Positions 37,781 to 49,772 of a stretch of 64,000 nucleotides of DNA are shown here, in pieces (position 1 is the stretch's first letter; each line of letters opens with the position of its first letter). Under the pieces are notes generated by a model. The model worked only from the letters and a program-made list of their open reading frames with translations. It made no database searches and was not told where the DNA came from. The stretch is from IMG/VR virus record IMGVR_UViG_3300008110_000030, positions 62,001-126,000 of that record; one strand, given 5' to 3'. Both the position numbers and the translations under genes were made by a program.

Positions 37781-38049
37781 GTGGAAAATGGCATGGTGGT
37801 AAAGGAAGTAGCCCACGTCCTTATAGCGTGACCCAACAAACATTTGAAAGTAATTGGGAACTGGCTTTTGGTAAAAAGGAAAATAAAATGAGTCCAAAAA
37901 TTGAAGATATGAAAAAAGGAACTTGTGGTTGTGGCAGAAGTCCTACTGGTGACTGTTGCGGTTGGCATGGTCTAACTGAAGAACAGTATCAGGTCAAATT
38001 AGAAGAATACATGACCAATCGAGAAGATATAAAAGGCAATGAAGCATAA
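37777..38049 (+). CDS. small protein with a CDGSH-like Fe-S motif
   Basis: CGCGRSPTGDCCGWH; internal AAGGA RBS and ATG at 37888. Confidence 0.6.
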   Translation: MSGKWHGGKGSSPRPYSVTQQTFESNWELAFGKKENKMSPKIEDMKKGTCGCGRSPTGDCCGWHGLTEEQYQVKLEEYMTNREDIKGNEA

Positions 38050-38209
38050 TCAATTATTAAATGATCTTGTGATACAATTACACGATATTGCTAGGATTAT
38101 AGAACAACAAATAGGCATTGGACAGTTAAGCAACGATGTTCGAAACGTTGCTGATAGACTGCACACATTAACAAATGAATTAGGTAACCAGCAAAAGGCA
38201 AAAGAATGA
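38039..38209 (+). CDS. 56-aa hypothetical protein (not in ORF track)
   Basis: Translates MKHNQLLNDLVIQLHDIARIIEQQIGIGQLSNDVRNVADRL...; ATGA overlap with the clamp loader. Confidence 0.6.
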   Translation: MKHNQLLNDLVIQLHDIARIIEQQIGIGQLSNDVRNVADRLHTLTNELGNQQKAKE

Positions 38210-39129
38210 ATCAATTATGGGTAGAAAAATATCGGCCTAAAAACGTAGACGGATACGTGTTTAGAGATGAGAATCAACGTAAACAAGTTGAAGCATGGAT
38301 TAAGCAAGGCAGTATTCCGCATCTATTGTTAAGCGGCAGTCCTGGAATTGGCAAAACTACCCTAGCTAAACTACTACTTAATGAATTAGAAATCCCACAG
38401 TATGATATCTTAGAAATTAACGCAAGTCGTGAACGAGGTATTGGTGAAGTCCGTGAAAGGATTACTAACTTTATTCAAATGATGCCGTTTGGTCCATTTA
38501 AAGTTGTACTACTTGACGAGGCAGATTATCTAACTCCAGAAGCACAGGCAGCTATGCGAGGTGTTATGGAAGAATATTCTGGGACCAGTAGATTTATTTT
38601 AACTTGTAATCATCCTAATCAAATTATTCCAGCTATACACAGTCGTTGTCAGCAGTTTCACTTTGAAAAAATTGATCAAACTGAATTTACTGCTCGTGCG
38701 GCAACCATCCTAGTTGAAGAAGGTATCGACTTTGATCTAGATAACTTAGACACATTTGTTAAGGCAACATATCCAGACTTGCGCAAATGCATCAACATGG
38801 TACAACAAAACTGTCGTGATGGTAATTTGCTAGCACCTTCTAAATCTGATTCAGGAATGCAAGATTGGAAGATTAAAATGGTTGAGCAGTTTAAAGCTGG
38901 CAAGATCAGTGATGCAAGAAAAACTATCTGTGCAAGTGCTAGACCAGAAGATCTTGACAGTGTGTACAGATGGATGTATGATAATTTAGATGTGTTTAGT
39001 AAAGATGAAGAACTGCAAGACCAAGCAGTGATTATAATTAAACAAGGTCTAGTTGATCATACATTGATTGCTGATCCAGAAATTAATCTATCAGCAACAT
39101 TAATTAAATTAGCCAAATTAGGAAAGTAA
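38206..39129 (+). CDS. sliding-clamp loader AAA+ subunit (T4 gp44/RFC-like)
   Basis: LWVEKYRP, GSPGIGKTT, EINAS, LLDEAD, FILTCN, SRC. Confidence 0.92.
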   Translation: MNQLWVEKYRPKNVDGYVFRDENQRKQVEAWIKQGSIPHLLLSGSPGIGKTTLAKLLLNELEIPQYDILEINASRERGIGEVRERITNFIQMMPFGPFKVVLLDEADYLTPEAQAAMRGVMEEYSGTSRFILTCNHPNQIIPAIHSRCQQFHFEKIDQTEFTARAATILVEEGIDFDLDNLDTFVKATYPDLRKCINMVQQNCRDGNLLAPSKSDSGMQDWKIKMVEQFKAGKISDARKTICASARPEDLDSVYRWMYDNLDVFSKDEELQDQAVIIIKQGLVDHTLIADPEINLSATLIKLAKLGK

Positions 39130-39593
39130 TGGTTAGAAAAAATTCAGCTAAAGGACGTGATAGTTATGATGCTGAGATAGGGGGTAGTGTTATCCCCTTT
39201 TTTAATCGCAATGTGACCCCGTATGCTACAGAAGCGGGCGGACCTAAGTTTGATTTAATTCCAGTTACTAAACAAAAAGACATAATGATTAATCATGCTA
39301 GGATGTATGCCCAGCAAGAATATGATCGCATTATGGAGTTAGTAGCAGTATTAGAAAAACAAGCTCAAGAAATTAAACGTAGGTTAGATGTTACTGATGC
39401 TGTTCATGCGGCAGTATATCAGTTTCAGCCTGTAATGGGAAATTGCTATTGGTTAGCGTGGGATAAAAGAAAACAACACATGTTGTTAACTCAGAATGGT
39501 CCTAATGACTGGTCTTCAGGGCCGCCAGAAGACTATGAATATCAAACCAAGGTAAAGTACATGGGCGACCATACTTGGATGGAAATAGAATAA
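39129..39593 (+). CDS. conserved hypothetical protein
   Basis: TAATG coupling; FQPVMG..Y, DHTW. Confidence 0.65.
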   Translation: MVRKNSAKGRDSYDAEIGGSVIPFFNRNVTPYATEAGGPKFDLIPVTKQKDIMINHARMYAQQEYDRIMELVAVLEKQAQEIKRRLDVTDAVHAAVYQFQPVMGNCYWLAWDKRKQHMLLTQNGPNDWSSGPPEDYEYQTKVKYMGDHTWMEIE

Positions 39594-39614
39594 AAGGGGC
39601 ACAAGGCCCCTTTT

Positions 39615-39616
<2 letters not shown>
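39592..39616. terminator. bidirectional intrinsic terminator
   Basis: AAAAGGGGC-ACAAG-GCCCCTTTTTT between convergent genes. Confidence 0.88.
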
Positions 39617-41701
<2,085 letters not shown>

Positions 41702-41711
41702 AGGATAAAAA

Positions 41712-42347
41712 ATGAGTTTTACATTTAATTTTACAAAACAGCAATTAGAACAAATGATTCCAGGTAATGCTTACCTAACTCATTGGTACGAAGCACTTTC
41801 TGCTATTTTGCCTGAATATGAAATTAATACTCCACAACGAGTAGCGGCATTTATTGCACAATGCGCACACGAGTCAGGTGGATTCAAAGCACTAAAAGAA
41901 AATTTAAATTACAAGGCAGCGACACTGCGTAAAATTTTCCCTAAGTATTTCCCTACAGATGAATTGGCTGCAAAATATGCCGCAATGCCAAACAAGCAAG
42001 AAGCAATTGCCAATTTGGTCTATGCTAATCGTATGGGCAACGGCGGTCCAGAAACTGGTGACGGCTATCGCTACTGCGGTCGTGGACTTATTCAATTGAC
42101 TGGTAAGGAAAACTATTCATGGTTCGCAGCCAGTTTAGAAATGCCAGTTGAAGATGTTCCAGAATATCTAGGCACATTTGAAGGTGCTGTCCAATCAGCT
42201 TGCTGGTTCTGGGAAACAAATAACTTAAACCAATGGGCAGACAAGGGCGACATTCTAACATTGACCAAACGTATTAACGGTGGCACAATTGGCTTAGAAG
42301 ATCGTATCAAACATTTTAATCACGCTGTTCATGTATTAGGACACTAA
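41712..42347 (+). CDS. endolysin, glycoside hydrolase family 19
   Basis: AFIAQCAHESGGF, ENLNY, GDGYRYCGRGLIQLTGKENY, TKRINGG..GLEDR. Confidence 0.92.
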   Translation: MSFTFNFTKQQLEQMIPGNAYLTHWYEALSAILPEYEINTPQRVAAFIAQCAHESGGFKALKENLNYKAATLRKIFPKYFPTDELAAKYAAMPNKQEAIANLVYANRMGNGGPETGDGYRYCGRGLIQLTGKENYSWFAASLEMPVEDVPEYLGTFEGAVQSACWFWETNNLNQWADKGDILTLTKRINGGTIGLEDRIKHFNHAVHVLGH

Positions 42348-42348
42348 T

Positions 42349-42813
42349 ATGTGGCTATTGACATTCTTGCCTGATAGCTTGTTAATGTATATCATTAACG
42401 GCATATTGGTCACTGGAGCTGTAAGTTTCTTTTTAAGTTTTTTTGTTCTACACAAAATTCTAAATAAATTTCCTGCTCTAGCACCATATCACTTGATAAT
42501 ACAAATCGTCAGCGTAGTATTATTAGTATCAGGCATTTATTTCAAAGGCGGATATAGCACTGAAATGATGTGGCGTGAGCGAGTAAAAGAAGCAGAAGCC
42601 AAAGTTGCTGTTGTTGAACAACAAAGTCAATTGCTCAATACACAGCTAGAACAAGAACGCAAGAAAAAACAACAGGTCAAAGTAGAGTACTACAATACTG
42701 TAAAAACTGAAATTAAAGAAGTTGAAAAAGTTATCAATGCCAAATGTGAAGTGGATCCTAACGTAAACGATCTGCATAATAAAGCGGCAACTAATCCGGA
42801 GAAAGCAAAATGA
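42349..42813 (+). CDS. inner-membrane spanin (Rz-like)
   Basis: N-terminal TM segments, coiled coil, C-terminal Cys; follows the endolysin. Confidence 0.7.
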   Translation: MWLLTFLPDSLLMYIINGILVTGAVSFFLSFFVLHKILNKFPALAPYHLIIQIVSVVLLVSGIYFKGGYSTEMMWRERVKEAEAKVAVVEQQSQLLNTQLEQERKKKQQVKVEYYNTVKTEIKEVEKVINAKCEVDPNVNDLHNKAATNPEKAK

Positions 42814-43079
42814 AAAGATTAGTACTGCTACTTCCAACAATTTTATTAACAGGGTGTTTAGCAACGGCTCCAGTTGTTCCTAAATGGCCTGATGTTCCCA
42901 AGGAGCTATTAGTAGAATGTCCTAATTTAAAAACTGTAGAACCTACAAATAATAAAATTAGCACACTAATAGAAACTGTTGCTGATAATTATAAAGAATA
43001 TTATGAGTGCAAGGACAAGGTCGAGGATTGGATCACTTGGTATAACGGGCAACAAAAATTGTGGGAAACACTTAAATAG
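42810..43079 (+). CDS. outer-membrane spanin lipoprotein (Rz1-like)
   Basis: Lipobox LLTGC, Pro-rich stretch, CP.L and YYEC motifs; overlaps the Rz-like gene. Confidence 0.75.
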   Translation: MKRLVLLLPTILLTGCLATAPVVPKWPDVPKELLVECPNLKTVEPTNNKISTLIETVADNYKEYYECKDKVEDWITWYNGQQKLWETLK

Positions 43080-43100
43080 TAGTATATTAAGGAGCGAGTG

Positions 43101-43403
43101 ATGGAAGATAAAAAATTACTCAAGTGGGTGTTCATTATGTTGTTGGCACCGCTTGTGTTAGCATACTTTAGCAATGGCGGAGAAAGTTTCCGATACCCTT
43201 GCCAAAATCCAGCAAACTGGGATAAAGAAATGTGTAAAATGCCAACATGTGATGTAACCCGCACATGTCCAGAGCATATTTTTAAAGGTCAACGAGACCC
43301 AAGACTAGGACCCCCAAAAGATGAACCAAATAAAACAACTACTACACCGACTCCGTCAGCGAGTTTCGGACCTACTACGCAAGGAGCAAACTGTGGAAAA
43401 TAA
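43101..43403 (+). CDS. exported Cys-rich small protein
   Basis: AAGGAG RBS; signal/TM segment, then YPCQNP.NW...CKMPTCDVTRTCP. Confidence 0.65.
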   Translation: MEDKKLLKWVFIMLLAPLVLAYFSNGGESFRYPCQNPANWDKEMCKMPTCDVTRTCPEHIFKGQRDPRLGPPKDEPNKTTTTPTPSASFGPTTQGANCGK

Positions 43404-43929
43404 CACAACCCCAACACACATCTATACTGAAGAGCAGTTAATGGCTCGACTAAAATTCTTTATCGGCATTTGTCTATCATTGACATTGTTTGGTATTGTA
43501 TTTGTTGTGCTTTACTCATTAATTTTTGTAACACAACCTTTAAACGCTATCAGTCCAATTGATCAAAAGTTCTTTGAATTGATTATCCCAATTGCTACAT
43601 TCTTAACAGGTACACTAAGCGGTATTATGTTAGCTGGTGGTGATAAAGATTTAAGAGCAAAAGCATTAGATGCGGCTAACAAGGCGCCAACAGTAAGTCC
43701 AGCACCAACAACTCCTGCTCCAGGCGGTTTTAAGGCAGCTCCTGCATTTGGAGCAACTGCTCCTAGTAGTTTTGGAACTACTGCACCAACAGGATTTGGC
43801 GGAGCACCACTAGGTGGAAACACAATGAGTACACCATTCAATGCTGAGCCAAGTTGGGGTACAACTCCAATTGCAACCACAGCAAGTGGTAAAAAGATTG
43901 TTCCAGAAGAACCACAACCTGAGCTATAA
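43393..43929 (+). CDS. 2-TM membrane protein with low-complexity tail (holin/antiholin candidate)
   Basis: AAGGAG RBS before GTG 43393; two TM helices; ends ...GKKIVPEEPQPEL. Confidence 0.65.
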   Translation: MENNTTPTHIYTEEQLMARLKFFIGICLSLTLFGIVFVVLYSLIFVTQPLNAISPIDQKFFELIIPIATFLTGTLSGIMLAGGDKDLRAKALDAANKAPTVSPAPTTPAPGGFKAAPAFGATAPSSFGTTAPTGFGGAPLGGNTMSTPFNAEPSWGTTPIATTASGKKIVPEEPQPEL

Positions 43930-43935
43930 TATACC

Positions 43936-44343
43936 ATGTCATCGGTGAGCGAACAAAAGAAAGAAGATTGGATGAATACTAAATGGCGTCCAATGATGGG
44001 TTGGATGTACATGGTAGTATGTATTGCTGACTTTGTTATCTTTCCAGTACTATGGAGTTTAGTACAAGCTCTACATGGTGGCAGAGTAGAAACACAATGG
44101 AGCCCAATTACACTTAATGGTGCAGGATTGTTTCATATGGCCATGGGTGCTATATTGGGTATTGCAGTTTATGGTCGTACACAAGAAAAGTTAAATGGTG
44201 TAAACAATGTTGGTACACAACCTACAGCACCTACTACAATTCCTAGTACGACAACAACTTTCAGTGGCGGGTTTTCTCAACAGCCATTGACTTCAAGTAC
44301 AGGAAAGCCAATGCCGGCACAAGCTGTACAACCAGAACTTTAA
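43936..44343 (+). CDS. holin-like protein (GTA 3TM-holin type)
   Basis: WRPMMGWMY, FHMAMGAILG..VYGRTQEK; sits in the lysis cassette. Confidence 0.65.
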   Translation: MSSVSEQKKEDWMNTKWRPMMGWMYMVVCIADFVIFPVLWSLVQALHGGRVETQWSPITLNGAGLFHMAMGAILGIAVYGRTQEKLNGVNNVGTQPTAPTTIPSTTTTFSGGFSQQPLTSSTGKPMPAQAVQPEL

Positions 44344-44353
44344 AGGAAAAATT

Positions 44354-44467
44354 ATGTTAGAAACATTATTTTGGTTAGCATTAGGTGCATTTGTTGGTTG
44401 GAATTTCCCTCAACCAGAATTTGCAAAAACAATACAGGCTAGAGTTTTAGCCATGTTTAAAAAATAA
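44354..44467 (+). CDS. 37-aa membrane peptide (not in ORF track)
   Basis: AAGGA RBS; translates MLETLFWLALGAFVGWNFPQPEFAKTIQARVLAMFKK. Confidence 0.65.
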   Translation: MLETLFWLALGAFVGWNFPQPEFAKTIQARVLAMFKK

Positions 44468-44477
44468 GGAAAATAAA

Positions 44478-44768
44478 ATGAAACTATTAGCAACAGCAAT
44501 TTTTACAAGTATGTTAGCATTTGGTACAGTAGCCTGTGCTAAAGAAGAACCAAAAAAAGAAGTAGCAGAAATTAAGAAAACTTCTGCTCCTGCATCAGCT
44601 CCAGCAGATGCTAAAAAAGACGAAGCTCCAAAAACTAAAAAAGCATGTATCAAAACTACAGACGCCAAAACAGGTAAAGAAGTTGAAAAGTGCAAAGTGG
44701 TTAAAATTCACGAAAAGCATGAAGGTACAAAAGTTGAAGGCGCAACTAAGGAATCTGGCAAGAAATGA
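44478..44768 (+). CDS. exported Lys-rich small protein
   Basis: AAGGA RBS, signal peptide, two Cys in the mature part. Confidence 0.65.
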   Translation: MKLLATAIFTSMLAFGTVACAKEEPKKEVAEIKKTSAPASAPADAKKDEAPKTKKACIKTTDAKTGKEVEKCKVVKIHEKHEGTKVEGATKESGKK

Positions 44769-45157
44769 GAAAATTACTTTTTACTGGTATGGTGGTTATT
44801 TCCTTAACTGGCTGTGCTAGTATTAAGGAAATGGTTCCAAGTTTTTCCGATGTTAATCAATCATCAAAAATTATCGATGTTAGACAAAGTGTGGCGCAGT
44901 TGAATTGTAAAGAAGCACATGCGCCACAAGTTAAAGTTATTAAAGATAATTTACAATGGTTTGTTATGTATAGTGAAAGCAAGGGCTGGCGTCAAAATGA
45001 TGTTATCAAGCTAGTCAAACCAATTCAAGATACAGTTGATGATTTTTATAAGCGTAGTATAGACAAGCAAGGCACAGAAAGTTATTGTGAAATTAAGAAA
45101 AAAATTATGACCACACAGACTGAAAAAGCTGCCAGTGCTATATTAGGGAGATTTTAA
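44765..45157 (+). CDS. lipoprotein
   Basis: Lipobox SLTGC; ATGA overlap. Confidence 0.7.
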   Translation: MRKLLFTGMVVISLTGCASIKEMVPSFSDVNQSSKIIDVRQSVAQLNCKEAHAPQVKVIKDNLQWFVMYSESKGWRQNDVIKLVKPIQDTVDDFYKRSIDKQGTESYCEIKKKIMTTQTEKAASAILGRF

Positions 45158-45387
45158 TGATTGATAATTTGTATAAATTGGCACAAACTGGCGGACCAAT
45201 TGGTGAACGTGCTCAAATGGCTCTTATGCTAACTGAGCAACACAACAAAGGCGATATTACTGATAGTGAATTTCAAGAACTCATGCTAGACCTAACACGT
45301 CTTGATGAAGTAACTGATAATGCCACTTCAATTGAATATAAGACTATGTTTGTGACCGCAGTATACGCTGTTGCACAACTGGCATAA
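45157..45387 (+). CDS. hypothetical protein
   Basis: GGGAG RBS, TAATG coupling. Confidence 0.65.
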   Translation: MIDNLYKLAQTGGPIGERAQMALMLTEQHNKGDITDSEFQELMLDLTRLDEVTDNATSIEYKTMFVTAVYAVAQLA

Positions 45388-45405
45388 CAGGTTAAACAAC
45401 TTTCA

Positions 45406-45443
45406 AAAGGCAGCTTGACAGTTGCCTTTCTTTGTTATATAAT
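45406..45443 (+). terminator. terminator-like hairpin fused to a consensus sigma70 promoter
   Basis: AAAGGCAGC-TTGACA-GTTGCCTTT followed by CTTT; TTGACA (45415-45420), 17 bp, TATAAT (45438-45443). Confidence 0.8.
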
Positions 45444-45449
45444 AGTGTT

Positions 45450-46292
45450 ATGAAAGATTATTATGCAATCCTTGGTGTTCCAAAAACCGCAAGTGCTGAG
45501 GAAATCAAAAAAGCATTTAGAAAAGCCGCAATGAAGCACCATCCTGACCGGGGTGGCGATCAACAACGATTCAAAGAAATTAACGAAGCACACGAAATTC
45601 TCTCAGACAGAGAAAAACGTATGCAGTTAGATCAAGGCATTGATCCACTAAATCCAAATCAAAGAACTTATAGAAGTCAGAATTTTAATCAAGGCTTCAA
45701 TAATATGGAAGATATCTTTCAAAACTTTGGTTTTGATTTTGGATTTACTCCACGCGGTTTTAGACCACAACCCCCTACAAAAAATAAATCCTTTAATGTT
45801 CAAATGACATTGACATTAGAAGAAGCGTTTACTGGGATCAATAAAAATATCACAATCACGCATCCTGGCGGTGTTGGTAAAAATGTAGGAATTAATATTC
45901 CACCTGGCATTGACAATGGCATGGCTATACGTTATGCTGGCATGGGAGATGACAGTATTGGTGGATTACCTGCAGGTGATTTAACAATTATAATTAATAT
46001 CGCTCCTCACCCAGTGTATGCTAGAGAAGGACTAAATTTATTAACTGATGTTACTATTGACTGTTTTGATTCTATACTAGGCACAAGTGCTGAAATTGAC
46101 ACATTAGATGGTAGAAGGTTGCAAGTAGTAGTTCCTGCTGGAACACAACCAGGAACTACACTGGGATTGAAGAATGAAGGAATGCGTGACCAACAGGGCA
46201 ATGTTGGAAAACTATATGTAAGAGTTAATGTTAGCGTTCCTAAAATTACTGATCCTATTAAATTATCTTTAATCAAACAACTTAAAAATTAA
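45450..46292 (+). CDS. dnaJ: DnaJ/CbpA-type J-domain co-chaperone (no Zn finger)
   Basis: [19 protein letters not shown]-rich linker, C-terminal GDL and PAGTQPG; ATG at 45450. Confidence 0.9.
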   Translation: MKDYYAILGVPKTASAEEIKKAFRKAAMKHHPDRGGDQQRFKEINEAHEILSDREKRMQLDQGIDPLNPNQRTYRSQNFNQGFNNMEDIFQNFGFDFGFTPRGFRPQPPTKNKSFNVQMTLTLEEAFTGINKNITITHPGGVGKNVGINIPPGIDNGMAIRYAGMGDDSIGGLPAGDLTIIINIAPHPVYAREGLNLLTDVTIDCFDSILGTSAEIDTLDGRRLQVVVPAGTQPGTTLGLKNEGMRDQQGNVGKLYVRVNVSVPKITDPIKLSLIKQLKN

Positions 46293-46300
46293 ATATTAAT

Positions 46301-46813
46301 ATGGTAAAACTTGTATTTCATCCAGATCCAATATTAGAAGAACAAATGCCAGCATTTGATTTTGATAATCCTATTATGGATCCAAAAGAATTAGAAAAAG
46401 AATTACTAGCAATTATGTTTGCCAATAATGGAATTGGACTTGCGAGTCCACAAATTGGCATTAAAACTAGAGTATTTGCAATGGGACATTCACTCATGCC
46501 TGAAGCAAGTCTTGCTATGTTTAATCCAACAGTAATTGACGCTAGTAACGAATTTCAAGATATAGAAGAAGGCTGTTTAAGTTTTCCAAATATTTTTGCT
46601 AAAATTAAAAGACCTACTTGGATTGTTGTAAAATACAATACTAGTGATAATGAAGAACGAACTGAACGAATGGAAGGTTACAACTGTAAATGTTTTTTAC
46701 ATGAATTGGACCACTTAGATGGTATCGTAATGAAAGATCGTTTAAGTCAACTTAAATGGGCGTTAGCCGTTAAAAAATCAAAAAAGGTAAAAAATTATGC
46801 TAGAACCAAATGA
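46301..46813 (+). CDS. def: peptide deformylase
   Basis: GIGLASPQ, EGCLS, HELDH. Confidence 0.95.
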   Translation: MVKLVFHPDPILEEQMPAFDFDNPIMDPKELEKELLAIMFANNGIGLASPQIGIKTRVFAMGHSLMPEASLAMFNPTVIDASNEFQDIEEGCLSFPNIFAKIKRPTWIVVKYNTSDNEERTERMEGYNCKCFLHELDHLDGIVMKDRLSQLKWALAVKKSKKVKNYARTK

Positions 46814-49079
46814 AGATCTAGAAAAGATCTTTGAACGTGCAATTCAGTTATCGTTAGATAACCATCATCAATATATCACGCTAGAACATTTCTTATATTG
46901 CATGGTCACTGACGAAACATTCAATAGCGTACTTATGGGCTACGGCACAGATGTTCAAGACTTGACTACAAAGTTAGAAAACTATATTAAAAACGAGCTT
47001 GTTAGTATCGTTGACCAAACATCAAATTCCAGACCAAAAAAGACTAATAGTGTTGAACGTATGCTTAACAGAGCATTTACTCACACATTGTTTTCTGGAA
47101 GAACAACTATTGAACCAATCGATTGTTTTTTAAGCATTTTAAACGAAAAGAAAAGTCATGCGGCATTTTATCTTCGTAGTGCTAATATTGAAAAAGACAA
47201 ATTTATTGAATACGTTAATAAAGAAATTGGCCCTAGTAGTCAAGACGGAGAAGAAAACACTGTGCCAGAAAATAAACTTGAAGCATATATTGGCAACTTC
47301 TGTACGAATTTAAATGCTAAAGTTAAGAATAAAGAAATTGATCCTGTAATTGGCAGAGATAAAGAACTAGAAGAAATGCAATTAGTTCTTGCACGTAGAC
47401 ACAAGTCAAACGTTATGCTAATTGGTGATCCAGGGGTTGGTAAAACAGCTCTTGCTGAAGGACTTGCACGTAAGATTGTTGAAGGCAATGTTCCTAAGTT
47501 TATTCAAGACCACACAGTCTATACTTTAGACATTGGTGCTTTGTTAGCTGGTTCTAAATATCGTGGAGATTTTGAAGAACGTCTTAAAAATGTTCTTACA
47601 GCTATCCAAAAAAAGAAAAAGTGCATTTTGTTTATTGACGAAGCACACATGATGAACGGTGCAGGAACAAGCAGTGGTCAGAGCAATGATATGGCTAATA
47701 TGCTAAAGCCTGCACTTGCTAAAGGTGGGTTAAAAGTCATTGCATCAACTACGTGGGAAGAATTCCGCAAGCACTTTGAAAAGGATCGTGCCTTAATGCG
47801 CAGGTTCCAACGTGTTATGGTTGGCGAGCCTGACGAAGTAACTACTATTAAGATTATTAAAGGTCTTAAAAAGTATTACGAAAAGCATCATGGATGCAAA
47901 ATTACTAATCAAGCAATTATTGATTCTGTAAAATATAGTGTCAAGTATATGAGTGATAAAAAATTGCCTGATAAAGCAATTGATATCATTGACTGTGCCT
48001 GTGCTCGCTTTAAGGTGCGTGATGAAGAAGGTGGTACAGTAGATCACGATGAAGTTGTATTTGAAGTTGCCAAGATGACTGGATTGCCTTTAGAACAAGT
48101 AGCCGCTAAAGACACAACTACGTTACATGATTTAGAAGGTGACATTAAATCTGAAGTATATGGTCAGGATACTGCTGTAGACTCATTGCTTGATAAAATT
48201 TATATAGCACAGGCTGGACTTAAGAGTCATAATAAGCCAATTGGTAGTTTCTTGTTTGTTGGTCCAACTGGTTGTGGCAAAACTGAAACTGCTAAAGTAC
48301 TTGCAAATAAAATGGGCATTAAGATGCTACGTTTTGATATGAGTGAGTTCCAAGAGAAACACTCAGTTGCTAAATTTATTGGTGCCCCTCCAGGATATGT
48401 TGGCTTTGAAGACAATGCTGGGCAACTAATAACTCAGCTTCAAGAAAATCCAAACTGTATATTGTTGCTGGATGAAATTGAAAAAGCGCATCCAGACGTT
48501 AGTAATGTGATGTTGCAACTTATGGACAACGGTTTTGTTACTGGTAGCAATGGTAAGAAAGCAGATGCACGTAATGTTATTATCATTATGACTTCTAACT
48601 TAGGCGCTTCTGATAGTGAGAAATCTAATATTGGTTTTGGCAGTCAAGAAAAACTTGGCGAAATCAACAATGCTGTTAATAGATTCTTTGCTCCTGAGTT
48701 CCGCAATCGTTTAGATGGAATTATTACGTTTAAGAAACTTGAACACAGTGTAATGACAAAAGTTGTTGACAAGTTTATTAAAGAAATGAATTCGTTAATT
48801 ACTGATAAGAATGTGTTTGTACAGTTAACTGAAACTGCTAAAAATCATCTTATTGACAAAGGGTTTGATAGCAAGATGGGTGCTAGACCAATGCAACGTG
48901 TAATTGATGAAGGCATTAAGAAGCCTTTAAGCAGACAAATACTGTTTGGTAAACTAGTAAACGGTGGTTTAGTTAAAGTAGACTTTGTTAATGATCAGCT
49001 AGTATTTGATTACTTTGACCCATTACCAATCGTAAAAGATACTGAGCCAAGTATAGAAGAAAATGCAACACAAGATTAA
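46797..49079 (+). CDS. clpA: ClpA-type Hsp100 unfoldase
   Basis: Two AAA+ modules (GDPGVGKT, GPTGCGKT), RFDMSEF, IGF loop, PEFRNRLD, MGARP; 760 aa with no M-domain. Confidence 0.93.
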   Translation: MLEPNEDLEKIFERAIQLSLDNHHQYITLEHFLYCMVTDETFNSVLMGYGTDVQDLTTKLENYIKNELVSIVDQTSNSRPKKTNSVERMLNRAFTHTLFSGRTTIEPIDCFLSILNEKKSHAAFYLRSANIEKDKFIEYVNKEIGPSSQDGEENTVPENKLEAYIGNFCTNLNAKVKNKEIDPVIGRDKELEEMQLVLARRHKSNVMLIGDPGVGKTALAEGLARKIVEGNVPKFIQDHTVYTLDIGALLAGSKYRGDFEERLKNVLTAIQKKKKCILFIDEAHMMNGAGTSSGQSNDMANMLKPALAKGGLKVIASTTWEEFRKHFEKDRALMRRFQRVMVGEPDEVTTIKIIKGLKKYYEKHHGCKITNQAIIDSVKYSVKYMSDKKLPDKAIDIIDCACARFKVRDEEGGTVDHDEVVFEVAKMTGLPLEQVAAKDTTTLHDLEGDIKSEVYGQDTAVDSLLDKIYIAQAGLKSHNKPIGSFLFVGPTGCGKTETAKVLANKMGIKMLRFDMSEFQEKHSVAKFIGAPPGYVGFEDNAGQLITQLQENPNCILLLDEIEKAHPDVSNVMLQLMDNGFVTGSNGKKADARNVIIIMTSNLGASDSEKSNIGFGSQEKLGEINNAVNRFFAPEFRNRLDGIITFKKLEHSVMTKVVDKFIKEMNSLITDKNVFVQLTETAKNHLIDKGFDSKMGARPMQRVIDEGIKKPLSRQILFGKLVNGGLVKVDFVNDQLVFDYFDPLPIVKDTEPSIEENATQD

Positions 49080-49758
49080 AAATCTTTTTACTAAAAAGTT
49101 ATTTTACAAAAAATGGCTCTACAAAGTTGTCGTCAGTTGCCCTGGAATTGGGCAACTACGTCGACGAGGACTAGAATACATAACCACTGTTCAAACTAAA
49201 AAGACTGGTAATTTTTACTTAAATTCAATTATTGATGACATAAACAATCACAGGAAAGACTTGATATTGATATCATCAATATTAGAGAAAGAATTAAAGT
49301 CAGTTGATCATCAAGTTAGAGTTGAAGGGAGTTCGTGTGCAATTTTTACTAATTCTAAATCCCTAATATCTAATATTGAAAAAGCGTTGCATGGATTTGT
49401 TACAGAAATACATTTGCCTGAATCGTTAGAATCAGAAATGTTTTTATCTGGTAGTAAAAATAAAGTAATATGCTCACAACTACCTCTAGAAGGATATAGA
49501 TATAAAATATATCTTAAAAATGGTGATATTCGTAGTCATGAAAATTTGCAAAAATTTGTATCTTGGGCAGACAATTTCAAAGACAGAATACATATCCCTA
49601 TAGGCACTAGACGAGTTTTAGTTGGGCTTGCACACCCATACATATACGGACAATACTTCTATGCCAAGGATCAAAAAATGGCTAGTATGGCCCTAATGAT
49701 CATGGGTGATCATTTGAATAAAACTGAAGAATACGTATTAAAATCTGAACTAATATAG
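49063..49758 (+). CDS. hypothetical protein
   Basis: 231-aa ORF overlapping the end of clpA. Confidence 0.65.
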   Translation: MQHKIKNLFTKKLFYKKWLYKVVVSCPGIGQLRRRGLEYITTVQTKKTGNFYLNSIIDDINNHRKDLILISSILEKELKSVDHQVRVEGSSCAIFTNSKSLISNIEKALHGFVTEIHLPESLESEMFLSGSKNKVICSQLPLEGYRYKIYLKNGDIRSHENLQKFVSWADNFKDRIHIPIGTRRVLVGLAHPYIYGQYFYAKDQKMASMALMIMGDHLNKTEEYVLKSELI

Positions 49759-49772
49759 GTAAATATAAGACT

